From Bilabrum cf. latius (taxonomy: Eukaryota): DNA of 64,000 nucleotides. The stretch lies in the NCBI GenBank assembly GCA_965178125.1, contig OZ237739.1, positions 992,001 to 1,056,000 of the forward strand. Direction: 5' to 3'. The position numbers and the translations under genes are program-made. Positions 14,159 to 25,064 of the stretch are shown in pieces. The notes under the pieces were generated by a model that saw nothing but the letters and a program-made list of their open reading frames with translations, did no database searches and had not been told where the DNA came from. Positions within the stretch are counted from its first letter, which is position 1, and every line of letters begins with the position of its first letter.

Positions 14159-14440
14159 GTATCATGCTGATGCTGAAATGGGGCTGGCCTCTCCATCTGC
14201 GCGCTTGCACATATTTGTCATCTTTGCTCGACATCTTGACGAGTTGCCAAACGTGCAGATCGAGAAGCTGCCGCATCTGTTCCACCTGCAGCAGATGATA
14301 TTCGAGTGGATGGCCTCACCGAAGACCGCATCGCGCTTGCAGACGGCCGCGAGCCAACACCAGTACTGGTTGGCCTCACCTTTGACCGGAGCGAATCTTT
14401 TACGATGCCTTACTTCGATCCACAGTTCGAGCAAGAGGCT

Positions 14441-15062
14441 AGCCGGTGGCACGCGTGCGGTGGGCGTCATGGGGAACAGATGGGTGCTGTTCCTGCTCGG
14501 GTCCTTTTTGGTGCTGTGGTCCGGGGCCATGATCACTTTCGTTGACTTTGCCACGGACCTGTTTGCCGACCGGTGGCACTACACTCCCGCGCAAGCTGGC
14601 CGAACCACGTCGCTGCTGACTCTGTGCGCCATCGTGCTGATGGTGCCGGTCGGGGCGGTGGTCGATGCGACGGGTCAGGTGGGCGGGTTGCTGGTGGGTG
14701 GTTCCTCAGTGACTGCCCTTGGGATCGGGCTGCTGTGGCTGCTGCCGGTGCTGCCCCCGGAGTGGGGGGCTCTGCTGATCGGGATTGGAGCGGCCGTGGT
14801 ATCGGCTGTGCTGTGGCCTGCTCTGGGTCAGGTCATCCCTGCAGGGTCTCGTGGATCGGTGCTGGGGCTGCTGCTGTGCCTGCAGAACCTGGTGCTGTGC
14901 TTCGGGCCGATGGCGCTGGGCGTGTTGCGGGACGCTGGGGGCGGGTATGACGAGGCGCTGGTGATTTTCGCCGGGCTGGTGTGCGTGTGCGTGTTTCTGT
15001 GCGGTGCTCTGTTGGTGGCGTGGCAGAGGGCCATGGGACAGGGCGTGAACAAAGGGGCGTGA
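14441..15062 (+). pseudogene. Duplicated C-terminal half of the MFSD1-like transporter (open frame, ATG 14469)
   Basis: Near-identical to 11559-12180; lacks the N-terminal TM bundle. Confidence 0.75.
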
Positions 15063-15336
15063 CTTGATCGATGAGATGGAGGGGGATCTTGCAGTGAAGG
15101 ACCGTCGAGCTGGACTGAGAACCATGATTGGTCGCCGTTCGGTTTCGCTCCCGCCCTTAGGGTTCCGGTCATTTAGCGCAAGATACTGTCTTCAAGGTTA
15201 GTTCATTGCATCACATTGCACATCTGATCGTTGTGGTGGATCAATCCGGAATATTGCATTCGGCAAATCCGAGCTTGCAGAAACTTCAATTGTATTTCAC
15301 AGGACGGCTCGTTCTTGCCTGTTCTGTGTTTGCATC

Positions 15337-17034
15337 ATGGCAGGTGATCGATTCTCGGTGCGAAAAGAGGTCGAGCAATACGTCGCTGGTAGTCCGTACC
15401 GAGATATCGAGACGATCGTAAGAGAAAGTAGCGGGACATTTCTATTGCCTCCGGAACTGCTGGATTGAGATTTCGGTGTCGATTGTATTTGTTGGCAACG
15501 CGATTTGTACTTGCTTGCTACTTGTTGATTGCAGGCGGGATCCGATGGCATGCACGAACGACACAAACGAGGCAGGAACGACTTCGCACCACAGTGCACG
15601 TCGGTTGCCGAGTTTGTCGGCTGCGTCCGTCGGGGATACGCCCGCGGTAGCATGCCTGCGGGATCCGGCACCGAGGCGCTCAAGCGCCTGCAGACTGCCA
15701 TGGGAGCCGACGGAGTGCGCTTGCGGTCGCTGCGCCTCGTTGGCGAGACGATCGATGGTGCAGCGGGCCGATTGCTGTGCGAGATGGTGTGCATGGGAGG
15801 CGATGATGAGGGGTTGCGCTGCTTGCATCTGTGTGACTGTGACTGGGAGGCTGGAGCGATGGAGGCGTTGTCACCAGCGATGCTGTGGGATGGTGTTGAT
15901 GGCCGGCTGGACGCTCTGTTGGTGCAGGACACGAGGGAGTCCATCGATGGGATGCCGATGGAGTGCGTGAGGCGTCTTGGGACAGTGCTGCAGGACGCAA
16001 GGTGCAGCGTGCGTGTGCTGGGCCTGAGCGGGCTGCTTGGTTTTCATGCCGAAAGCATGCTGTCACCTGGCCCCGTGCTTGAGACGTTGATTAACCGGAA
16101 TGCGTTTATAGCTTATGCCATCGGGCTGAACAGCAGCGTGACGTACTTCCAAGCTGGAATGTGCGTGGTCGGCGCCGGCACTCTGCAGGCCTGGACGGAT
16201 GTGCTGGCAACTACGCGGACGATACTCCAGCTTCAGATATTCTTCATGGTCGGGACGAAGCAAACGAGTTGTCTGCTGGGCGAGTAGGTGGCCCGCATCG
16301 TGCGGGAGAACAGGAGCATCCGCGATCTGAAGCTGTTCTTCAATATGCAGGTCAACCCCAACCCGGGCTACACTCGCATGGGTCGATTGCGTGAGGCCAT
16401 CGGGCAGAACAAGACACTTCGGTCGATCGCGATCGGGTACAGGCACGAGTACTGCTCGGACGGGCAGGAACTGTTCACACAGTATGGTAGGACAGCGAAT
16501 ACCGTGATTGCCAACCCGCGCATTGTGCATTTTGACTGGATCACTGTGCACATAGTTGGTATGTACAACAGATTGTGGCCGACCTTGCTGCCTCGATTGC
16601 AAGCCATGCATTCGAGGCAGTCCAGGGTGTGGGCCATGATTAGGCACCGCCATGCAGCGCAGGCCCATCGGAACGCAGGGCTTGTCTATCAGGCTGCAGC
16701 GGAGGGGCGGCCGATGGAGCTGGCGAAGCGGCTAAAACTTGGCGTCATGGCATGCACAGCTGAGAGTCAGGTGGGTGTCGGTGGGTCGATACAGAACGCG
16801 CTGAAAGCAGCTGTGTCCAATGGGCACGACGAGTGTGCGCTGCTGGTGCGTCGGTCACTGGCACGCGAGCTGCATCGGAGGTTGATTTTCTCTGGCTAGG
16901 ACATGCAGAGGTCGACTGCTCATGTAAGCAAGGAGGTGCTGCCAAGTCTGTCGATTGGTAAGCCCAGAGCCACGCAACCAGCTATGGCGATGCCGGACGA
17001 AAATGAAGCTGATGGGTGTTGTGTGCTCTCATGA
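15337..17034 (+). CDS. LRR-ankyrin-CaaX protein, copy 2, subfamily A
   Basis: Intron 15418-15534, which contains an in-frame TGA supporting intron status; TAGs at 16285 and 16897; ends GCCVLS-TGA. Confidence 0.8.
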
Positions 17035-17363
17035 GTATCACGCTGATGCTGAAATGGGGCTGGCTCCATCTGCGCGCTTGCACATACTTGTCGTCTTTGC
17101 TCGACATCTTGACGAGTTGCCAAACATGCAGATCGAGAAGCTGCCGCATCTGTTCCACCTGCAGCAAATGATATCCGGTGGCCTCACCGAAGACCGCGTT
17201 GCGATTGCAGACGGCCACGAGCCAACACCAGCACTGGTTGACCTCACCTGAGCCGCTGCGGGCTGCGAGCCGGCCGCCGACTCCCCATCAGGAGTGGACA
17301 GTATTTGACCGGAGCGAATCCTTTACGATGCCTTACTTCGATCCACAGTTCGAGCAAGAGGCT

Positions 17364-17985
17364 AGCCGGTGGCACGCGTGCGGTGGGCGTCATGGGGAAC
17401 AGATGGGTGCTGTTCCTGCTCGGGTCCTTTTTGGTGCTGTGGTCCGGGGCCATGATCACTTTCGTTGACTTTGCCACGGACCTGTTTGCCGACCGGTGGC
17501 ACTACACTCCCGCGCAAGCTGGCCGAACCACGTCGCTGCTGACTCTGTGCGCCATCGTGCTGATGGTGCCGGTCGAGGCGGTGGTCGATGCGACGGGTCA
17601 GGTGGGCGGGTTGCTGGTGGGTGGTTCCTCGGTGACTGCCCTTGGGATCGGGCTGCTGTGGCTGCTGCCGGCGCTGCCCCCGGGGTGGGGAGCTCTGCTG
17701 ATCGGGATTGGAGCGGCCGTGGTATCGGCTGTGCTGTGGCCTGCTCTGGGTCAGGTCATCCCTGCAGGGTCTCGTGGATCGGTGCTGGGGCTGCTGCTGT
17801 GCCTGCAGAACCTGGTGCTGTGCTTCGGGCCGATGGCGCTGGGCGTGTTGCGGGACGCTGGGGGCGGGTATGACGAGGCGCTGGTGATTTTCGCCGGGCT
17901 GGTGTGCGTGTGCGTGTTTCTGTGCGGTGCTCTGTTGGTGGCGTGGCAGAGGGCCATGGGACAGGGCGTGAACAAAGGGGCGTGA
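17364..17985 (+). pseudogene. Duplicated C-terminal half of the MFSD1-like transporter, second copy
   Basis: Near-identical to 11559-12180 with three missense changes (G>E, V>A, E>G); frame open. Confidence 0.75.
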
Positions 17986-18259
17986 CTTGATCGATGAGAT
18001 GGAGGGGGATCTTGCAGTGGAGGACCGTCGAGCTGGACTGAGAACCATAATTGGTCGCCGTTCGGTTTCGCTCCCGCCCTTAGGGTTCCGGTCATTTAGC
18101 GCAAGATACTGTCTTCAAGGTTAGTTCATTGCATCACATTGCACATCTGATCGTTGTGGTGGATCAATCCGGAATATTGCATTCGGCAAATCCGAGCTTG
18201 CAGAAACTTCAATTGTATTTCACAGGACGGCTCGTTCTTGCCTGTTCTGTGTTTGCATC

Positions 18260-19969
18260 ATGGCAGGTGATCGATTCTCGGTGCGGAAAGAGGTCGAGCA
18301 ATACGTCGCTGGTAGTCCGTACCGAGATATCGAGACGATCGTAAGAGAAAGTAGCGGGACATTTCTATTGCCTCCGGAACTGCTGGATTGAGATTTCGGT
18401 GTCAATTGTATTTGTTGGCAACGCGATTTGTACTTGCTTGCTACTTGTTGATTGCAGGCGGGATCCGATGGCATGCACGAACGACACAAACGAGGCAGGA
18501 ACGACTTCGCACCACAGTGCACGTTGGTTGCCGAGTTTGTCGGCTGCGTCCGTCGGGGATACGCCCGCGGTAGCATGCCTGCGGGATCCGGCACCGAGGC
18601 GCTCAAGCGCCTGCAGACTGCCATGGGAGCCGACGGAGTGCGCTTGCGGTCGCTGCGCCTCGTTGGCGAGACGATCGATGGTGCAGCGGGCCGATTGCTG
18701 TGCGAGATGGTGTGCATGGGAGGCGATGATGAGGGGTTGCGCTGCTTGCATCTGTGTGACTGTGACTGGGAGGCTGGAGCGATGGAGGCGTTGTCACCAG
18801 CGATGCTATGGGATGGTGTTGATGGCCGGCTGGACGCTCTGCTGGTGCAGGATACAAGGGAGTCCATCGATGGGATGCCGATGGAGTGCGTGAGGCGTCT
18901 TGGGACAGTGCTGCAGGACGCAAGGTGTAGCGTGCGTGTGCTGGGCCTGAGCGGGCTGCTTGGTTTTCATGCCGAAAGCATGCTGTCACCTGGCCCCGTG
19001 CTTGAGACGTTGATTAACCGGAATGCGTTTATAGCTTATGCCATCGGGCTGAACAGCAGCGTGACGTACTTCCAAGCTGGAATGTGCGTGGTCGGCACCG
19101 GCACTCTGCAGGCCTGGACGGATGTGCTGGCAACTACGCGGACGATACTCCAGCTTCAGATATTCTTCATGGTCGGGACGAAGCAAACGAGTTGTCTGCT
19201 GGGCGAGTAGGTGGCCCGCATCGTGCGGGAGAACAGGAGCATCCGCGATCTGAAGCTGTTCTTCAATATGCAGGTCAACCCCAACCCGGGCTACACTCGC
19301 ATGGGTCGATTGCGTGAGGCCATCGGGCAGAACAAGACACTTCGGTCGATCGCGATCGGGTACAGGCACGAGTACTGCTCCAATCACGAAGAATTATTCA
19401 AGCAATACGATTGGACGGTGAATACCGTGATTGCCAACCCGCGCATTGTGCATTTTGACTGGATCACTGTGCACATAGGGGATATGTACCACAGATTGTG
19501 TCCGACCTTGCTGCCTCGATTGCAAGCCATGCATTCGAGGCAGTCCAGGGTGTGGGCCATGATTAGGCACCGCCATGCAGCGCAGGCTCATCGGAACGCA
19601 GGGCTTGTCTATCAGGCTGCAGCGGAGGGGCGGCCGATGGAGCTGGCGAAGCGGCTAAAACTTGGCGTCATGGCAGGCACAGCTGAGAGTCAGGTGAGTG
19701 TCGGTGGGTCGATACAGAACGCGCTGAAAGCAGCTGTGTCCAATGGGCACGACGAGTGTGCGCTGCTGGTGCGTCGGTCACTGGCACGCGAGCTGCATCG
19801 GAGGTTGATTTACTCTGGCTAGGACATGCAGAGGTCGACTGCTCATGTAAGCAAGGAGGTGCTGCCAAGTCTGTCGATTGGTAAGCCCAGAGCCACGCAA
19901 CCAGCAATGGCGATGCCGGACGAAAATGAAGCTGATGGGTGTTGTGTCACAACTTGTGTGCTCTCATGA
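18260..19969 (+). CDS. LRR-ankyrin-CaaX protein, copy 3, subfamily A (mosaic of copies 1 and 2)
   Basis: Intron 18341-18457; TAGs at 19208 and 19820; ends GCCVTTCVLS-TGA. Confidence 0.8.
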
Positions 19970-20307
19970 GTATCATCCGGAATCTGGATGCTGAAATGGG
20001 GCTGGCCTCTCCATCTGCGCCATCGCACATATTTGCCATCTTTGTTCGACATCTTGACGTGATATCAAGGAATTTTTTTAAAATAACAATTAAAATATTC
20101 TGATCCTAACGCCGGATGGGGTTCGGTGTTGATGCCAGAGTGCGAGCGAAATCTGAATCTGAAATCTGAAATCTGATTTAGGGTCAAGCATAACCGAACA
20201 ATGGGTGCTGCACAAGACAGCATAACCATGACGGTGGACTTTCGTCCGCAACCATACAGATGAAAGATTCACCACTTCCATCTGCAGGTCCCATCCACTC
20301 CGTCTTC

Positions 20308-20913
20308 TCACCATCCATACAGACTTGCTCGTGGCGCCATCCGCCTTACCAATCTCGTCTGCAGTGCCTCGTTGACGTCATTCTACCTGTTCCAAAGCTT
20401 CCTTTCTCCGTCCCTCAACCTAACGGTTCCTCGGATCGCTCTTAGCCCAGTCCTGCACCATATCTCCTCCATCTACTTTCGCACGCCTCTCATCTTCCGC
20501 TCATCCGGTCGTCCTCTAGGTCTCCCCCAATTCGTCCATCTCTCTAGCCCAGTCACAAGAGTTGGCCATGCTGACAAGGATGTTCCTCGCCATCTCAGCA
20601 TCCGACACCGCGTCGGGTACCTACTCCATGCGTTCTCCATTGCGTCCAGGAATCCACTCAGTTCCTTCCTTTGCACTTCCTCCTTGATCCTGTGCACTAC
20701 CTACCTCATCCTTGGAATTGCTGCTCCCTTGGATGACTCAATCGGCTCCGACTCCCAGGGTTTCTCTGTCCATGGGGATCGTCCATCCACCCCCTTCACC
20801 ATCAACTTCGTCGTCTGCTCCGTCGTGCCCTGGCCCGATTGCCATCGCTGAACCAACCTCCTCACCTGACGCTGACCTTCTGGTGTAAGCACCGTCGGCC
20901 GTGGCAATATCAT
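20308..20913 (-). CDS. Antisense ORF inside the retroelement (~201 aa, R/W/E-rich), unknown function
   Basis: Track ORFs 20701-21111 and 20473-20697 are in one frame, joined by TAGs, running to TGA at 20308-20310; ATG at 20913. Strong purine skew on the minus strand; plus frames are interrupted by TGA/TAA. Confidence 0.5.
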
Positions 20914-21129
20914 GCACCGAGCCTTAAGTGCCAATCCCCCAAGGTTCCCCGGCTCTGTACCCCCGCGAGCTTTGGGATAGCCCCTGGACCGAACACTCCC
21001 AACTAGGACCCGTCCATCCACTCTCGTACCATAGCATAGGCAACTGCATCCATAGCGCGTGAATGTCTCGTTGGGTTCCGATGGCGGTTGCGACCGGGAA
21101 GGTGCGACCAAGCCAACGGATTGCTCGCG

Positions 21130-24100
21130 ATGACGCGCATACCCTCTCTGTGTTCAGGAGAGGGGCGGAGATTGGGTAATTTTTTGATGCTCTCATCCCA
21201 TGACTGGCGCCATACAGGCGAACGCTGTGACGTTGAGATTCGTGACCTGGTTGGAAATGAGATTCCTTCGTGCTCCTCTGGAGACTGCATGCGCCTTCTG
21301 CAATTGCTGCACCCGTGGGCCACTGAGGCATGCAGATCCGGCGAACCTGGCCTTGTGCGCGGCCTGCTGCAAGGAGTCCAGGCTGACATGCAGGCACCGT
21401 CCCGTCGAGCAGCCCTGTCCCGTCACTTCGACCCCCGCGGGGGCAGTGGAGGTTCCAGGCGCGGCGGGGGTGACAGCGACCAGCCCGGTGCCGATCGTGG
21501 CGGAGATCGACGCCGTCGAGGCCGTGAACGTGGCGGTGCAGGCCAGCAAGGTGACCAACACCAGCGTGGGGACCGGAAGGACGGGGGATCTACCAGGAAG
21601 GCGAAGGATCCTTCACCTGACCCCCCACGAGATACTTCACGGCAGAGCCAGCCCAGCACTCCAACACTGCCACAGGGGCGTACGCAGACTGCCACCACCT
21701 CGGACGCGTGTGGTGCATCCACGCCACCTGTCACATCAACGCCCGCGCTTCACCCAGTCCTGGTGGCCCTAGCACGCCCGAAGCGACCGCGGCGGCCGCC
21801 CACAGCGTCCTCCACGAGGCTGCCAGGTAGGACGGACATCTCTCCAGCATTCGTTGACTGGGCCTATCCAGCTCCGGATCCAAGTCATGAGTGGGCAGGG
21901 ACGACAGCACCATCCGTGGAGGACTTCATCCAGCGAAAGGACGATCACCAGCGTACCAGAGACTGTCCCGGCGAATTCGTTGAGGCTCCAGCTGCAACGT
22001 GGGACCGTGAGCGGATCCACCTGAAGGTTCACGAAGACCCGCTGGCCTTCACGCCACGCAAGTACTTCGACAAGGTGCCTCGCTAGACTGCAACGCTGCG
22101 GACCCGCCGGGAGGTTCTGTTTGGCGGCCGCACACCGAGGAAGGTCCCGTCCCTTGCCGAGTTCAGAGCCCTCCCACGGATCGAACGTGTACTGGCAGCA
22201 CTGAACTATGGTTGCCCCCTGGCCATCGTGGACGAGGTGCCCAAAGAGCACGATCTAGACTACAAGGACCGTAAGCTGTCTCCGGAAGAAAAGTGGGAGA
22301 TCGCCTGTGAGATCGGGCGCTCCATGAGGGCTGGCGAGCGTGACTTCGTGTCACCCAAGGATTTCGACACAGCCCGGGCCCGGCCGCTGGTGATCCCCAA
22401 GAAGGACTCGACAAAGCTACGGTTCCTCCAGGACTCCTCACTCAAGGTGAACGGCCAGCGTACCGGTCTGAACAAGGCCATCGACTACAGTACAGCCACG
22501 CCAGTACAGCAGACGAGCAGCATGGACGTGCTTCGCTCGGCAGCCGCAGCAGTTCGATCCTGCCCCAAGCGTGCCAGTGGATACGTCGTCGACATTTCCT
22601 CGTACTTTCGTGTCCTGCCGGTGGCAGTGGAGGACCTCCAATACAACCTGATCAAGCTGCCCGACGGGCGCATCGTGCAAGATTTCCGGCTCTCCATGGG
22701 CAGCTCCTCATCTCCCGCGTTCGCAACCACGATCAGTTCGGCTTTGGCCCGGGCCCTCGAGGAGCAGTCCATTGGCAGGGCCATGCGACCCAGGCGGAGA
22801 CACAAGCAGAAGCAACGACACTGGAAGCAGCAGCACGCCAACGCCCAATCCAGCACGACGGACCAGGCGCCCCAGGAGAACTCGTCAGCAACGTCCACCC
22901 CGCCTGCCGCTGGCACGACAGCGGGACACGTCAAGACGGCCCAGGACTAGTCCCGCCATTGGTAGGTCGAAAATGAGGTGTTTGTGGATGATTTCGCCTG
23001 CCTCGGCGGAGATCACGAAGTCGATGCATGGGCAATTCGAGCCATGGGGCAGCTGGACTCCGCGAACTTCCCCGTCAGCATCTCGAAAGCATTGAAGCAA
23101 GGGGCCCCAGCCCCGTTGTTCGAGTACTTGGGCCTCACCTACGACTTGATCAAACACGAGGTGCGTTGCCCTACGGACAAGGCCACCGAGGTACTGCGCA
23201 GACTGCACGAAGCACTCACGACGAAGGGGATGCTGCTGTCTAGCTTTGAGACCTTGGTCGGCAAGTTGACCTTCCTGTCGGGCGCTCTTTATGGTATGCG
23301 CGGTGCTCTACGTCCCCTCTATGACGCCAAAGGCTGGGCCCTCCACAAGTAGGCCAGCCGGTCACGACCAGGTGAGGTGTGGGTCCCCACCTCCTTTGTG
23401 TCCAAGGGCGGCTTCACAGTTGGTGAAATCCTCGAAGGGTTCCAGGTGGCCATCCAGCGCAAAGGCGGGCGCAGTTTTCCGATGCGGGGCACCATTGACT
23501 GTCCCATCCTTCGCACTGATGCGTCGGTGACAGGCTACGGCGCCGAGCTGCTTCTCCACGACAAGGACGGCAACATCACTTCGCACACCGGCATCCAGGG
23601 CACTTGGCCGCATCGCCTAGAGGCGAAGGATGTAGCGGCGGCAGAACTTGCAACATGTTTGTTGGCGCTTGCGCATTGGCGACAGCACCTGCGTGGGCGT
23701 GTGGTGCGTTTGTGGTGTGACAATGATGCTTCCGTGTAGCTGATACGCTACGGCCGACCCAAGAGCCACATCATGGCAGCCTTACTTCGCCCTATCTTCG
23801 TACTGCAGACAACGCAAGATGTGTAGATTCACGTGAAACACATTTCTGGCGAGGACAACATCGTTGCGGACGCTTTGAGCCGCGGCTCGCGGGCGGCATA
23901 CGCGCACCTGGACGCGGTGTATCAGGTCGACTGTCCCGCGCCGATCTGGAAGACCTTGTACGAGCACGACCATTTCACGCTGGTGGCCACTCTGGACTCA
24001 GTGGGTTGCGCACGGCGTGGGGGCACTTCGACAACTTCCTCACGTGGTACGACATCGACCGCAGCTTCATGGACGGGCATCTTCCAGCAGCTCGCAGACT

Positions 24101-24870
24101 CTTCGCGTTCAGGCTCAATGCAGCGCTCTCGAGATTCGCAGTCTTCTTAGGGGAATGTTCGCCTCTCAGTGGCGGCACCATCGCTACATACACCAGAAAT
24201 GCCTAGCGAGTCGTCATCGAGTCCACAGGAGCGTGCGGCGTCCCACGGTCAAGCTAGCTCGACAGCATCCTCCGGTACTACCACAAAGCATCGCCATCGT
24301 CGCACCCTTTGCGTCGATCTTCAGCCCCACTCCGAGCAATCCGACGGTGTTTCTCGACAGCCGGTTGCGGCACAACAGAGCAGGCTGCTCGGGCAGCTGT
24401 CTGTATCTGCTTCTGTGGGGGCCTCCGGCTGGGAGAACTCGTCGGTGCGTCCAGACGACAAGCCGGCCTTTAATGGCAGCAAGTGCAGTTTATTACGCGA
24501 GACAGACGCATCCATGGTGTTGCCATCCGCCTGGGTCTCCACAAAGCCGACGGCCCAGCCAAGTTCTCCATCCAAGCCGCAGAGCCCATCACAGTCCATT
24601 GCAGAGCAGGCCGATGGGCAATCACAGGCAGCAGATTCTGCGGCGTGCGAGCCTTCGTGGCGTGGGCAGCAGCAAGCCACGCCCCAACTGCAGGCGCAGG
24701 CTAAGACTACGCCCGGTAGCTGGCGCTCAGCTGCCCCACGACAGGGCCGGTCTTCGTGGCGAACACGAGGCCGATCGTCAAGGCGCAGGTAGTCCGGGCG
24801 CTCCGCAGCTTCTGCCCACGCGAAGTTGCAGGAGCGGTGCACGGACATTCCATCCGCATCGCGGCAGTGA
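21130..24870 (+). CDS. Retroelement reverse transcriptase-RNase H ORF (start uncertain, up to ~1246 aa)
   Basis: VIPKKDSTKLRFLQD, VVDISSYFRVL (motif A), LSMGSSSSPAF (B), VFVDDF (C), FEYLGLTYD; RNase H TDASVTGYGA, AAELA, LWCDN, HISGEDNIVADALSR. Eight in-frame TAGs (22084, 22948, 22963, 23350, 23737, 23824, 24148, 24790); TGA at 24868-24870. Confidence 0.85.
21200..22024 (+). CDS. Retroelement ORF1 (putative Gag-like, Cys-rich CxxC...CxxC), overlapping the RT frame
   Basis: CAFCNCC...CAACC...C cluster; run of G/C-ending codons at about 21490-21575; TAG at 21770 read through to TGA at 22022-22024. The Gag assignment rests on position only. Confidence 0.45.
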
Positions 24871-25064
24871 TGTGTCTGGACCGTGCTGGGGTCGCCTTCG
24901 AGGTCATCAGGCGATTTAGCAGATGGAAGTCAGCATCTGCATGCGAGGTGTACTTGCGGGGCGTCAGGGAAGGCTTGCCTCCTCTGGAGCTCGGTGGCAG
25001 GAGCCTCGATTTGAACAGGCCAGTGTGGGTGCTGGCCAGCGCGCTGCGGCTGAACTTGGAGTGA
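24006..25064 (+). CDS. Tyrosine recombinase of the retroelement (no clear ATG; two in-frame TAA, possibly defective)
   Basis: TAWGHFDNF, LSGGTIATY, FCGGLRLGEL (catalytic R), LHKAD (K), GHSIRIAA (HxxR), RWKSASACEVYLR (W, Y). TAG at 24204, 24255, 24717; TAA at 24471 and 24702; TGA stop. Confidence 0.85.

Larger units (their letters stand above)
11559..20059 (+). repeat. Tandem triplication, unit ~2.9 kb (MFS 3' half + intergenic + LRR-ANK-CaaX gene)
   Basis: Units start at AGCCGGTGGCAC at 11559, 14441 and 17364 (periods 2882 and 2923) and are near-identical. The third unit breaks off at 20059, where the retroelement begins. Confidence 0.95.

Noticed and set aside
24017-24919. Third overlapping 300-codon open frame over the YR gene
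   Set aside because: R/P/S-rich with no motif and no ATG start; plausible as a shadow frame in GC-rich DNA.
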